Assembly: GCA_965199495.1 (NCBI GenBank)
Contig: CBDASK010000003.1
Span: 2,304,001-2,368,000 of the forward strand
Length of the DNA: 64,000 bases
Reading direction: 5' to 3'
DNA from: Abditibacterium sp.
Lineage (GTDB): Bacteria; Armatimonadota; Abditibacteriia; Abditibacteriales; Abditibacteriaceae
The notes beneath the pieces were generated by a model. It was not told the origin of the DNA. It saw nothing but the letters and a program-made list of their open reading frames with translations, and did no database searches. The position numbers and the translations under genes are program-made. Of this stretch, positions 1 to 9,793 are shown piece after piece. Position 1 is the stretch's first letter; every line of letters begins with the position of its first letter.

Positions 1-70
1 AGAACGAGGGCGCCGCCGTGGCTGTATGCGCGAGTAGGGCGAGGGCGAGCGGATAAAACAGGGACTTCAT
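1..70 (-). CDS. 5' end of a secreted protein running off the window edge
   Basis: Minus-strand ATG at 70 reads MKSLFYPLALALLAHTATAAPSF, a Sec signal peptide; divergent from mraZ. Confidence 0.6.
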   Translation of the reverse strand, partial: MKSLFYPLALALLAHTATAAPSF

Positions 71-369
71 TGTTGTTTTGGACGAATGGGGACGCGAGAA
101 GTCGCGTTTTGGGCGCATTGGGACGGGGATTCCCAAAAGTAGGAACAGTTCAAGCTGTCAGGAATTTCATTGCCTGAAATTCCTCCTCTGCTCTCTGTCA
201 CTATTCGACCTCACGCTTTCACTGAAGTAACGATTACTAATATCTCAAATAATTCTTCTAAAAACTCCGCTTATTTTCTTGCGTTGCTGATAAGTTTAAA
301 CCTTAAACTTACATTTTTTGTCGAAAATAGATTTGTCACGTCGCTAAATTTGCGATAGAATACCCGCAG

Positions 370-415
370 AGGACGTAAAAGGACGCGAAATGACACAAAA
401 GGACGGATTTAGGAA
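370..415 (+). promoter_or_regulatory. 10-bp-phased direct repeats, candidate MraZ operator
   Basis: AGGAC at 370, 380 and 400, ATGAC at 390, AGGAA at 411, upstream of mraZ. Confidence 0.55.
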
Positions 416-537
416 TCGCCTTGGAAAGCCAGATTTTCTAACCCGCCGATTAACTCGTTTTGCTTGCTTATACCGAACCTCCAAAAATCTGCTGTTAATG
501 CAAGGCGAGAGTTTACCCGCCATGTTCGAGAACATCC

Positions 538-1203
538 ATGCCCCGCGCTTCTGCCCAAAGCGAGGAAACCTTCTCTTCCGCGCCGGAAATCGGTGTGCCC
601 GTGATGACGGGCACGCATTTTCATGCGCTTGACGACAAGGGGCGTGTCATCGTGCCCGCCAAACTGCGTCCCGGTCTGACCGAACGTTTTTGGATGATGC
701 TCGATGAGAACGACAACATAGCGATGTATGATCATCAGACTGGACGCGACGTTCTCGAATTTTGCGAACAGCAGATGGCTCAAAACCCCGGCGATGATGT
801 GATCGCATCCGCGATCAAACGCATTACCGGAGCCGCCGAGTTAATAGTGATGGAAGGCGATTCGTGGAGAGTTCAGGTTCCTGAAATTCTTCGCATTTAC
901 GCCAGCATCGAGAAAGAAGTCGTAACAATTGGTGTGCTCAACAAAGCCGAAATGTGGAGCCGGGAAATGTGGTTGGAGAATCAGAAAAATTCGGATTCTC
1001 CAGAAGTGCGTAAGGCGCAGGCCAAGATGCTGCGCGCGGCGGCGAGTCAAATCAGAAAGACGAGCCTACCGCAAATCGAAGAAACGACAGAAGTCAAGGA
1101 AGTGGCAGCCAATGGAACAACAGGAACTTCAGGGCAAAATTCACCCGCCAGCGATGGTGGAGGAAGTTCTCGAATTCTTAAATTGTCGCAACTTGGCCGA
1201 TGA
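538..1203 (+). CDS. mraZ: Division/cell-wall cluster transcriptional repressor MraZ (start may be 604) with C-terminal extension
   Basis: GTHFHALDDKGRVIVPAKLR and IGVLNKAEMWS motifs; first gene before rsmH. Confidence 0.88.
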   Translation: MPRASAQSEETFSSAPEIGVPVMTGTHFHALDDKGRVIVPAKLRPGLTERFWMMLDENDNIAMYDHQTGRDVLEFCEQQMAQNPGDDVIASAIKRITGAAELIVMEGDSWRVQVPEILRIYASIEKEVVTIGVLNKAEMWSREMWLENQKNSDSPEVRKAQAKMLRAAASQIRKTSLPQIEETTEVKEVAANGTTGTSGQNSPASDGGGSSRILKLSQLGR

Positions 1204-2353
1204 AAGCTCGAACCTTTACAAGCCGGATGCGGTTTTCATTGATGGCACGCTCGGCACTGCCGGGCATACCATCGAAATTCTGAAAGCCCATCCAACGTGC
1301 CGCGTTATCGGTTTCGACCGCGACGCGGACTCGCAAAAAATCGCGCTCATGCGAATTCGGGAAGCCGGATTTGAAGGGCGCGTAACGACGGTGTTGGGCG
1401 ATTTTCGTCACGCGCCGACGTTGTTACAACCGTTCTTTGACAACTTGAAGGTCGGCGCCGATGGGCGTCCGATTTCGCGTATTGATGGCGCACTGGTTGA
1501 TGCGGGCATGAGCCTGTATCAAGTCAGTTGGGCGCAGCGGGGTCTTTCTTTTGGGAAAGATGGCCCGCTCGATATGCGATATGATCGGACACAAGGCCCA
1601 ACGGCAGCCGACCTGGTGAACCGACTTCCCCAGAACGAGTTGGAAGATTTACTTTTCCAGCTCGCCGACGAGAGATGGGCACGCCGCATCGCAGAATTCA
1701 TCGCAGCCCACCGCCAAACTTCACCCATTGAAACCACGTCTCAACTGGCCAAAATTGTCGAAAGCGCGATCCCCGCTGGAGTTCGCCATCAATCGAAAGT
1801 GCATCCTTCAACTAAAACTTTCGCCGCCTTACGGCTTGCCGTAAACGACGAGTTTTGGGCACTCGATGATGGTTCTATTGCTCTTTGCCGTGTTTTGTCG
1901 CCCAACGCAAGGCTGGTCGTTTTGACTTACAGCAGCAACGAAGACCGCACCATTAAACGCACCTTTCGCCGACTGGCGGGGCGCGCGCAGGAAAACGCAA
2001 GTGATTCTGTGCGCTCAGCCCGCCCTCGAAATCGCGACAAGTCTCGGCCCACGAGACCCAAAAACGATTCGAGCGCGGCGCGCTCATCTCTCGCCTCACT
2101 TTTCCCTACTGAGGAAAACTCTACCAAAAATCCGGGAGTTCTGCCATTTAATTGGACGGGAAACTCGGAGAAAAATGGAAGTTCGGTTCACCCGCACGCG
2201 GGAAACGGCGAATCTGCTTCAGATTTCGCAGAAAATTTTCCACAGATGAAGATTATCACGCCCAAACCCGTTGTGCCAACTCCGCAGGAGATCGAACTCA
2301 ATCCGCTCTCGCGTTCGTGCAAGTTACGCGCGCTGGAGAAGCAGGAAAATTGA
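1112..2353 (+). CDS. rsmH: 16S rRNA m4C1402 methyltransferase RsmH
   Basis: HPPAMVEEV, DGTLGTAGH, DGPLDMR, FAALRLAVNDE and NPLSRSCKLR motifs; ATG at 1112 in ORF 929..2353. Confidence 0.93.
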   Translation: MEQQELQGKIHPPAMVEEVLEFLNCRNLADESSNLYKPDAVFIDGTLGTAGHTIEILKAHPTCRVIGFDRDADSQKIALMRIREAGFEGRVTTVLGDFRHAPTLLQPFFDNLKVGADGRPISRIDGALVDAGMSLYQVSWAQRGLSFGKDGPLDMRYDRTQGPTAADLVNRLPQNELEDLLFQLADERWARRIAEFIAAHRQTSPIETTSQLAKIVESAIPAGVRHQSKVHPSTKTFAALRLAVNDEFWALDDGSIALCRVLSPNARLVVLTYSSNEDRTIKRTFRRLAGRAQENASDSVRSARPRNRDKSRPTRPKNDSSAARSSLASLFPTEENSTKNPGVLPFNWTGNSEKNGSSVHPHAGNGESASDFAENFPQMKIITPKPVVPTPQEIELNPLSRSCKLRALEKQEN

Positions 2354-2454
2354 GGGAGTTCCCTGCGGAGTTTGTGGCGAATAAAGTTGTCCCTTGCCAA
2401 TCGTCGCACCCCGTCGCCCATGAAGCGACATTCATACCAATAGAGGCCCTACCA

Positions 2455-3015
2455 ATGCCCGCAACCGCCACACGCCACCGCGAGAACACCGCCGAAACTC
2501 GCAATGGCTTCAACCCTCACGGCCCGTCTTACTCCACCCATGAAGTCCCCACTGACTCCGTGGAATTTTCGCGCGTCTCAACAGCGCCCACCGAGACCGT
2601 CGAAGACCATGTCGAGTGGAAAGAGGTCGCGCCCCTCGTTGACCGTTTTACCAACACTGTGCCCGAAGCCGAGCGTCGGCGCCGCCGTGGCTTGCGCAAG
2701 CGCCATCGCATTTTTGTGATGTCGGGCGTGTTCTGGGTCGGCGTCTTGTTTGGCATCGAGTTGGTCGGATTGGTATTTATTTACTCGCTCGATTTGACGG
2801 CGGTGCGCGCGGCGGCGACTTTGGACAAAGATATTCAGAAAACCTCGCTCGACATCGCCCTTGCGCAAAACCAATTGGCAGCCAGCAACAGCCCCGCCAA
2901 ATTAGACGGTTGGGCCGGGCAGTTGGGCTATCATAAGGCGCAACTCAACGACATGGACGACGTGACCAGTTCGGCGCCCCTACCAGCAGCCACGCCCAAA
3001 GATTCCACGCAATAA
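2455..3015 (+). CDS. FtsL-like bitopic cell division protein
   Basis: Between rsmH and ftsI; basic stretch, one TM helix, coiled coil ending AGQLGY; ATG 2455 preceded by GAGG. Confidence 0.65.
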   Translation: MPATATRHRENTAETRNGFNPHGPSYSTHEVPTDSVEFSRVSTAPTETVEDHVEWKEVAPLVDRFTNTVPEAERRRRRGLRKRHRIFVMSGVFWVGVLFGIELVGLVFIYSLDLTAVRAAATLDKDIQKTSLDIALAQNQLAASNSPAKLDGWAGQLGYHKAQLNDMDDVTSSAPLPAATPKDSTQ

Positions 3016-3038
3016 AGTTCTGTTTTTCCGACGGGGAT

Positions 3039-3082
3039 TGTGAGGAGGGCCAGCTTTTTGGCTCTCCTCACAGTTCGTTTTA
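3039..3082 (+). terminator. Stem-loop between ftsL-like and ftsI
   Basis: TGTGAGGAGGGCCA-loop-TGGCTCTCCTCACA followed by GTTCGTTTTA. Confidence 0.5.
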
Positions 3083-3106
3083 ACCCGTTAAAATTTTCTA
3101 AATCTC

Positions 3107-4960
3107 GTGATTCCCCACAAATTTCCTCGTTCCACTTCGCGCAAACGCATTGAGAAAGCGTTTTATGTCGTTGGCGGCGCCTTTGTGCTGCTGGCGGGCA
3201 AAGTGTTGTGGATGCAATCCTTTCCCAACGCCTCGGCGACAGCGCTGACTGACAAAACTTTCACGCGTGCGGAAATTTTGCCTGCGCGACGCGGCCAAAT
3301 TCTGGGCGCTGACGGCACGGCGATGGCCGTCACCATTGACGAATATACCATTTCGGCCAATCCGCGCGCCTATTCCGTTGCCGATAAAGATAAACTTGCG
3401 CGCGTTTTATCCGATACCGTTGGCGGAAATTTGGAAGAATATCGCGCCGAATTAAATAAAACCGAACGCGCTAACGGCGTCGCCAATCATTATGTGCGGT
3501 TGGCGCGTCATGTGGACGAAAACAAAGCGCAAAAACTGCAAAAATTAATGGGGCCGCAACCCAAAGAAACGCGCAAAGATCGCACCGCGCGCAAAGAATT
3601 TTGGGCCAACGTGCAGCTCGAAGCCTCGCCTCGCCGCCACTATCCGATGGGCCAATTCGCGCCGCAGTTGGTCGGTTTCACTACGAACACCGGCATCGGC
3701 GTGGACGGTATGGAAAAGGCGTGGGAAGAAACTTTGGACGGCGCGCCCGGCGCGCGTGAATCGCTGGTGGACGCGCAGGGCCGCGCCGTGCCCGGCACCG
3801 TCACAACGTGGAAAGAACCTGTTGACGGCGAAAGTATCGTCACCACGATTGACCCGAAAATTCAGGCCGCCGCCGATGCGACGATGACGCATATTTTCGA
3901 GAAATATAAGCCGAATTTCTGCGTCGCCGTCGTGATGAAGCCGACAACCGGCGAAATTGTCGCCGTTTCGACGGCGCCCGGTTACGACCCCAATAATCGT
4001 CCGGCGAATATGGTGGATTTGGCGACCAATCGCGCGTTTTCTTATGCTTACGAACCGGGTTCGACGTGGAAAATTATCACGGCTTCGGCGGCGGTCGAAA
4101 ACATTCCCGATTGGCAGCACAAACAGTTTTTCATCAACGGCGTGACGCAGGCGGGCAAATACACGATTCACGATTGGCAGTTTTGGTCGGGCCGCGTCAA
4201 ACCCGAAATGAAGGGTTTGAGCGAAGGCATCCGCGACAGCTCGAACGTAACGATGTATGATTTCGCCAAGCTGATGCCGCGCCACGTTTTGAAAGATTAC
4301 GCGCGCAAATTCGGCATCGGCGACAAAGAAGATTTGCCCGGTTTCAACGTGGCTCCGGGTTATCTGGCGCGCAGCGATCCGAAAACGTGGAGCGCGGCGC
4401 AATACGCCAACTTCTCGTTTGGTCAGGGCATGATGATCACGCCGCTTCAACTGGCGCAAATCGGCAGCGTCGTGGCTAACGATGGCGTGATGATGAAGCC
4501 GATGCTCATCAAAGAAGTCCGCGACGCGCGCGGCAAAACGCTCAAAAATTATCAACCCAAAGAGTTGCGCCGAGTGATTAAACCCGAAACCGCCAACGAA
4601 GTCAAGAAAATGATGCGCCGCGTGGTTTACGAAGGCTCGGCGCGCCGCTCAGTGTTCGTGCCCGGTTACGCGTCGGTCGGCAAAACCGGTTCGGCGCAAA
4701 AGGCTATCGGCAAAAAAGGTTACAGCGCGGGCAAATTCATCTCGTCATTCGTCGGGTTTTTGCCGATGGACAAGCCCAAATACGTCATCGCCGTTATGGC
4801 CGACGAGCCGCACGGTAGCCACTGGGGCAGCGAAGTTTGCGGCCCGGCGTTCACCGACATCGCCAAAGAAGCGATGTTGGCCATGCGCTTGGAAGAAGGC
4901 GCCGACGCGCCCAAACCCGATCCAAATTTGATGGAGCCGCCGACGGGCAAACCAAAATAG
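3107..4960 (+). CDS. ftsI: Class B penicillin-binding protein (FtsI/PBP3)
   Basis: N-terminal TM, RRGQI, EPGSTWK (SxxK), SSN, KTG; dcw position. Confidence 0.88.
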   Translation: MIPHKFPRSTSRKRIEKAFYVVGGAFVLLAGKVLWMQSFPNASATALTDKTFTRAEILPARRGQILGADGTAMAVTIDEYTISANPRAYSVADKDKLARVLSDTVGGNLEEYRAELNKTERANGVANHYVRLARHVDENKAQKLQKLMGPQPKETRKDRTARKEFWANVQLEASPRRHYPMGQFAPQLVGFTTNTGIGVDGMEKAWEETLDGAPGARESLVDAQGRAVPGTVTTWKEPVDGESIVTTIDPKIQAAADATMTHIFEKYKPNFCVAVVMKPTTGEIVAVSTAPGYDPNNRPANMVDLATNRAFSYAYEPGSTWKIITASAAVENIPDWQHKQFFINGVTQAGKYTIHDWQFWSGRVKPEMKGLSEGIRDSSNVTMYDFAKLMPRHVLKDYARKFGIGDKEDLPGFNVAPGYLARSDPKTWSAAQYANFSFGQGMMITPLQLAQIGSVVANDGVMMKPMLIKEVRDARGKTLKNYQPKELRRVIKPETANEVKKMMRRVVYEGSARRSVFVPGYASVGKTGSAQKAIGKKGYSAGKFISSFVGFLPMDKPKYVIAVMADEPHGSHWGSEVCGPAFTDIAKEAMLAMRLEEGADAPKPDPNLMEPPTGKPK

Positions 4961-5004
4961 AAAAAAGGCGCGCGAACTTTGGTTCGCGCGCCTTTTTTGT
5001 TTTT
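4961..5004. terminator. Bidirectional intrinsic terminator
   Basis: AAAAAAGGCGCGCGAAC-TTTG-GTTCGCGCGCCTTTTTT between convergent genes. Confidence 0.85.
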
Positions 5005-5278
5005 ATTCTTGTGGCTTAAATTCTGTCTCCCAGCGAACGCCTTTTGCTCGAATTTCGACGATTGGAATTGATTTGCCCCAAGTTCGTGGCTGTGTTGTCT
5101 CGTCACATTGCCCAATAACATACTTGCGTCCGCAAGTTCGCCATGACACACAAGGCGCTCGATTCGGCGTTTCATTCCACGGAATTTGAGCGCGACGCCG
5201 AATTTCTGCCAAAGCGAGTTCAAACGTTTCGTATTCTCCCGCTATTTCTGCGTGTAAATGATCTTCAATCGTAAACAT
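5003..5278 (-). CDS. Hypothetical protein (91 aa)
   Basis: ATG-start ORF 5 bp downstream of the RCC1 gene, ending at the terminator. Confidence 0.65.
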   Translation of the reverse strand: MFTIEDHLHAEIAGEYETFELALAEIRRRAQIPWNETPNRAPCVSWRTCGRKYVIGQCDETTQPRTWGKSIPIVEIRAKGVRWETEFKPQE

Positions 5279-5283
5279 AATAT

Positions 5284-6390
5284 TTAATTAACTTCGATTT
5301 CAACTGGCGCTTTCACGACTTCATCCGTTCCGCCGCCCAACTGCAACGTCGAATTGTTGCCCCAACCCCAAATTTTGTCGCCAGCAATCGCCAAACTGTG
5401 CCAGTTGCCCGCGCTGATTTGCGTGGCGCCACTTAAATTTTTCACTACGACCGGCGTTTTGCGCGTCTCGGTTGAATCGTCGCCCAATTGCGCCGTTCCG
5501 TTGTTGCCCCACGCCCAAACCGTTCCATCTGCCAAAAGCGCGAGGCAATGCCAGTTGCCCGCCGCGATTTGCGTCGCGCCGCTCAACTCAACTTTTTGCG
5601 GCGCGCTGACAATTTGCGGCCCTTCGCCGACCGCGCTCGTCATGTTGCCGCCCCAAGCCCAAACGCTGCCATCGGCGCGCAAAGCCACGCTGTGACTCCA
5701 GCCCGCCGCCACGGTTTTGGCATCGCTAAAACCAGCAATCGGCGACGGGATGGAACTGTCTTCGAGCGTGCCTTGGCCCAATTGGCCGTCGCTGTTTTTG
5801 CCCCAACTCCACACTTTTCCATCGCTCGTCACGGCCAGCGCGTGATACGCGCCCGCCGCCAATGTCGTCACGCTTTTTAAGTTCGGGATCGCGCGCGGTT
5901 TCGCGTTATCGTCGGTTGTTCCATCGCCCAGTTGGCCGTAATTGTTTTCGCCCCAACTCCACACGCCGCCATCTTTGCGCCGCGCCAGCGCGAATCCGGC
6001 GCCCGCCGCCATATCGGTAATGTCGGATAAACCGACGATTTTCGCCGGTTTATCGCGATTTTGGCGCGTGCCATCGCCCAATTGGCCGTTAGAATTATCG
6101 CCCCAACTCCATAGAGCGCCACTTTTATCGAGCGCCAGCGAGTAGCCACGGCCACTGGCGACGGCTTTGATATTCGCTAAACCGGCGATAACGGCGGGCG
6201 AATTATGTTTTTCGGTGCGCGGCCCGATGGCGCTTTTGACGCCGTTGCCCCAACCCCAGACGTTGCCATTCGCGTCAACGGCGAGGGATTGCAAATCGCC
6301 GCCAGCCAGCACTCCGGCGGCGTGGCTGCATGGCATCAGATAAAATAGAAAGGTCAAAGAAAACGCGCAAATGCGCAACAGTTGAAGCAT
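5284..6390 (-). CDS. Secreted RCC1-repeat beta-propeller protein
   Basis: About seven repeats of AG..HSLAL..DG.VW.WG.N..GQLGDG; signal peptide ending SHA. Confidence 0.9.
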   Translation of the reverse strand: MLQLLRICAFSLTFLFYLMPCSHAAGVLAGGDLQSLAVDANGNVWGWGNGVKSAIGPRTEKHNSPAVIAGLANIKAVASGRGYSLALDKSGALWSWGDNSNGQLGDGTRQNRDKPAKIVGLSDITDMAAGAGFALARRKDGGVWSWGENNYGQLGDGTTDDNAKPRAIPNLKSVTTLAAGAYHALAVTSDGKVWSWGKNSDGQLGQGTLEDSSIPSPIAGFSDAKTVAAGWSHSVALRADGSVWAWGGNMTSAVGEGPQIVSAPQKVELSGATQIAAGNWHCLALLADGTVWAWGNNGTAQLGDDSTETRKTPVVVKNLSGATQISAGNWHSLAIAGDKIWGWGNNSTLQLGGGTDEVVKAPVEIEVN

Positions 6391-6441
6391 GAGTTGGTCG
6401 AATTAGACCGCGCGAACTCAGTGTCGTTGCCCACCAAAATT

Positions 6442-7884
6442 ATGGCTTTCCCCTCGGATTCCAATGCCAAACTCGCCCATCTGTTGCGGCGCGCCGGGTT
6501 TGGCGCGAGTCCGGCGCAGTGGGCGAATTATCAAAAAATGGGTTTGCAAAACTCCACGCAAATTTTGCTGAATCCCGAAAAAACGCCCGACCATTTGGAC
6601 GCGCTTTTAGAGGAAATCGGCGGCGATTACGTGGATGCCAACGACGTGAATAGCGTGCGCCAATGGTGGATTTATCGCATGGTTCACACACAGCGTCCGC
6701 TCGAAGAGAAGATGACGCTGTTCTGGCATAACCACTTCGCGACGGCGATTTATAAGGTGGATAACGCGAACTGGATGTGGGCGCAAAACCAAACCTTTCG
6801 GCGCTATGGCATGAGCAGTTTTCGCACATTGTTACAACAAGTCGCGCGCGATCCGGCGATGTTGGTCTGGCTCGATGGCCGCGATAATCACGTCGGCAAA
6901 CCCAACGAAAATTTCGCGCGCGAGGTCATGGAATTGTTCACGCTCGGCGTGGGCGGCGGCTACACCGAAAAGGACGTGCAAGAAGCCGCGCGCAGTTTTA
7001 CCGGTTGGCAGGGCGGCGATGGGCCGGGCGGTTTCATCTACAATCCCGGCGCGCACGACGATGGCGAAAAAACCGTGTTGGGCCAAACCGGGAACTGGCA
7101 CGCCGATGATGTCTGCGATATTTTGGCGCGTCACCCCTCAACGGCGCGTTTTTTGACGACTAAACTCTTTCGTTTTTTCGTCGGCACCGAACCTTCTCCA
7201 TCCGACATCGCTAAATTATCGAAGGTTTATCTGGATAACCAATCCGATATTCGCGCCGTCTTGGAAGCGATATTGACTTCGGATATTTTTTACTCGGACG
7301 CGGCAAGGTTTGCCAAAATCAAAAGCCCGACCGAGTTTTGCGTGATGACGATTCGCGCCTACGACGCGCCCCTATCCGCCGCGCGCGATTTGAACCGCGC
7401 TCTGGCGAATATGGGCCAAGACTTGTTCAATCCGCCCAACGTCAAAGGCTGGAGCGAGGGCCGCGATTGGATCAATACGCGCACGCTATTAGCGCGCGTC
7501 AATTTCGCTTCGGGTTTGACGGACGAAATGAAAAATCGCGTTTCGCTCGAAAGCCGTCTGCGCGCGATGGCCTCCGATAATAACGCGCCGAAAATTCCAA
7601 CTTTAGGCGGCGAGAACAATTCGATGGCGATGATGGGCGCGCCCGCCATGAACGCCATGAACGCCATGAATGCAGCCACGGCGCCCGCAAGCGGCGCTTT
7701 GACCGCCGAATTCGCCGTTGATACGCTGTGGCAAGGCTTGATGCGCGGCATGCCATTAGCGTCGGCGCGCCGCGCCGAATTGGTGGCGTTTTGCAAAAAA
7801 GACGACGGCAAAGACGACACCGCCAACCGCTTGCCGGGCTTGTTCAATTTAGTCGTCTCGGCGCCGGAGTATCAGTTGTGCTGA
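6442..7884 (+). CDS. DUF1800 family protein
   Basis: HLLRRAGFG, EKMTLFWHNHF, PNENFAREVMELFTLG, PPNVKGW, PEYQL motifs. Confidence 0.88.
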   Translation: MAFPSDSNAKLAHLLRRAGFGASPAQWANYQKMGLQNSTQILLNPEKTPDHLDALLEEIGGDYVDANDVNSVRQWWIYRMVHTQRPLEEKMTLFWHNHFATAIYKVDNANWMWAQNQTFRRYGMSSFRTLLQQVARDPAMLVWLDGRDNHVGKPNENFAREVMELFTLGVGGGYTEKDVQEAARSFTGWQGGDGPGGFIYNPGAHDDGEKTVLGQTGNWHADDVCDILARHPSTARFLTTKLFRFFVGTEPSPSDIAKLSKVYLDNQSDIRAVLEAILTSDIFYSDAARFAKIKSPTEFCVMTIRAYDAPLSAARDLNRALANMGQDLFNPPNVKGWSEGRDWINTRTLLARVNFASGLTDEMKNRVSLESRLRAMASDNNAPKIPTLGGENNSMAMMGAPAMNAMNAMNAATAPASGALTAEFAVDTLWQGLMRGMPLASARRAELVAFCKKDDGKDDTANRLPGLFNLVVSAPEYQLC

Positions 7885-7913
7885 GCGTTTTTCCTCAAAT
7901 CCATCCGAAAATT

Positions 7914-9188
7914 ATGTCTCACACTCGACGCGAATTCATCTCTAACGGCCTTGGTTTTGTGGCGCTCGGTTTTACCGTGCCCACCATGCTGATGCAAGCC
8001 TCGCAAGCGATTGCCGCCGAAAAAACGGTCGGAGCGCGTGCGGGCCAACGCGGCAAAATTTTGGTAGTCATCGAAATGTCTGGCGGCAACGATGGCCTCA
8101 ATACCGTCGCGCCGATTAACGATCCGCTCTATGCCAAACTGCGCCCGACCATCGGCATGAAAGCCGGTGACGCGGTGAAAATTGATAAAGGTCTGGCGCT
8201 GCATCCGAGCATGGGCGCGCTGGGCAAATTGTATGAAAAAGGCCAACTCGCCGTCGTGACGGGCGTGGGTTATCCCAATCCGAATCGCTCGCATTTTCAG
8301 AGCATGGACATCTGGCAGAGTGGCGACCCAACTTTGGATGCGCGCGAGCGCAGCGGTTGGTTGGCGCGCTACTTCGACGAAGACGGCCATTTTCAGGGCG
8401 ATCCACTCGCCGGAATTTCGCTGGGCGATTCGTTGCCGCTCGCGTTGTGGAGCAAAACCAGCGCGGCTTCGGTCGTCGGTGGTAACGCGAATGAGTTCGG
8501 TTTCGCCGCGCGCGGCAATGCGCGCGAACAACAGTTGGCGACGCTCAAAACTTTATACGATCAAAGCGGCATGGAAAACGGGACGGTCGCGGCGGGCGCG
8601 TCCGATTTCATTCGCAACGTCGGCGCCGGCATTTACGGCAGTAGCGACGCCATTAAAATCGCGCTCAAAAACTACGACGATAAAGCCGCCAAAACCGCTA
8701 ATTATCCGCGCGATAACAGTCTGGCGAATGGCCTGAAAACCGTCGCCAAACTCATTACCGGCGATTTGGGCACGCGGGTTTACTATCTTTCGATGGGCGG
8801 ATTCGACACGCACGCCAACCAGCCGGGTAGCCACGCCTACCTGCTCGGCCAGTTGGCCGACGCCGTGGCTGCATTCAACGCCGACCTCGAATTGCAGGGA
8901 CGCGGCGAAGATGTCGTGGTGATGACATTCTCCGAATTCGGTCGGCGCGCGCAGGAAAATGGCAGCGCGGGCACCGATCACGGCGCCGCCAGCGTGATGT
9001 TTGCGACCGGAGCCTCAGTCAAAGGCGGCGTTTACGGCGATTATCCGAGTCTGGAAGATTTGGACGACGGCGACCTCAAACATCACACCGATTTTCGTAG
9101 CGTTTATTCGACCGTGCTGGGCAATTGGCTCCAAGTTTCGGCGCCGAAAGTTTTGGGCGGCGAGTTTCCGAGCTTGAAATTTGTTTGA
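7914..9188 (+). CDS. DUF1501 family protein with Tat signal
   Basis: TRREF; GGNDGLN, NRSHF, GGFDTH, SEFGRR, GTDHG motifs; follows DUF1800. Confidence 0.88.
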   Translation: MSHTRREFISNGLGFVALGFTVPTMLMQASQAIAAEKTVGARAGQRGKILVVIEMSGGNDGLNTVAPINDPLYAKLRPTIGMKAGDAVKIDKGLALHPSMGALGKLYEKGQLAVVTGVGYPNPNRSHFQSMDIWQSGDPTLDARERSGWLARYFDEDGHFQGDPLAGISLGDSLPLALWSKTSAASVVGGNANEFGFAARGNAREQQLATLKTLYDQSGMENGTVAAGASDFIRNVGAGIYGSSDAIKIALKNYDDKAAKTANYPRDNSLANGLKTVAKLITGDLGTRVYYLSMGGFDTHANQPGSHAYLLGQLADAVAAFNADLELQGRGEDVVVMTFSEFGRRAQENGSAGTDHGAASVMFATGASVKGGVYGDYPSLEDLDDGDLKHHTDFRSVYSTVLGNWLQVSAPKVLGGEFPSLKFV

Positions 9189-9195
9189 GCGTATT

Positions 9196-9651
9196 TTAAC
9201 CCATCATCATGCGGTCTGCGACGCGCCAACTGCCACCGTCTTTGGTCATCCGATAAATGTAGCCGTTGCCGCTGTAAACCAGCGGGTGAGATGGGGAAAA
9301 CCACGAGATGCGCCCCAGTTTGATTGTCTCCCCTTTTTCGCCGGTTTGGTTATCTGTGGCAGTGTCAGAATGAGACGAAGCGCGCGAAAAAGGGCGCACT
9401 GAAAAAGGCGCTCCAGCGAACTTTTGCAGAAACTTGGCGGACGGGTCTTTGCCCATAGTTCCGACAAAAAAGACGGTGAACTCCGGCGGATGAAGTGAAT
9501 TATTGGCGCCCGCGACATTGCGCACGACTGCTTCATAGAGCGGCTCGGTCTGCGAAGCGGCGTAAATTCGGAAGCCCAAAAAGCCAATAATTAGCGCGAC
9601 AAAAACGCTCAAACATCCGACTTTGAGCCATTGAGAAAAATTATTCATCAA
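9196..9651 (-). CDS. Hypothetical membrane-anchored protein
   Basis: 151-aa ORF with an N-terminal hydrophobic helix, filling the gap between genes. Confidence 0.6.
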   Translation of the reverse strand: MMNNFSQWLKVGCLSVFVALIIGFLGFRIYAASQTEPLYEAVVRNVAGANNSLHPPEFTVFFVGTMGKDPSAKFLQKFAGAPFSVRPFSRASSHSDTATDNQTGEKGETIKLGRISWFSPSHPLVYSGNGYIYRMTKDGGSWRVADRMMMG

Positions 9652-9793
9652 GACAAATCACTTTATCCATTGAAGAGCAACAAGGCAAGCGGAAACGAAA
9701 AAGACGCATTAAAAGCCGGGACATGATAAACCTTTTCGGCGCGCTGTAAATAAAGCGGGAAATCGCCGAATTTCCCGCTTTTATCCTTTCCCC

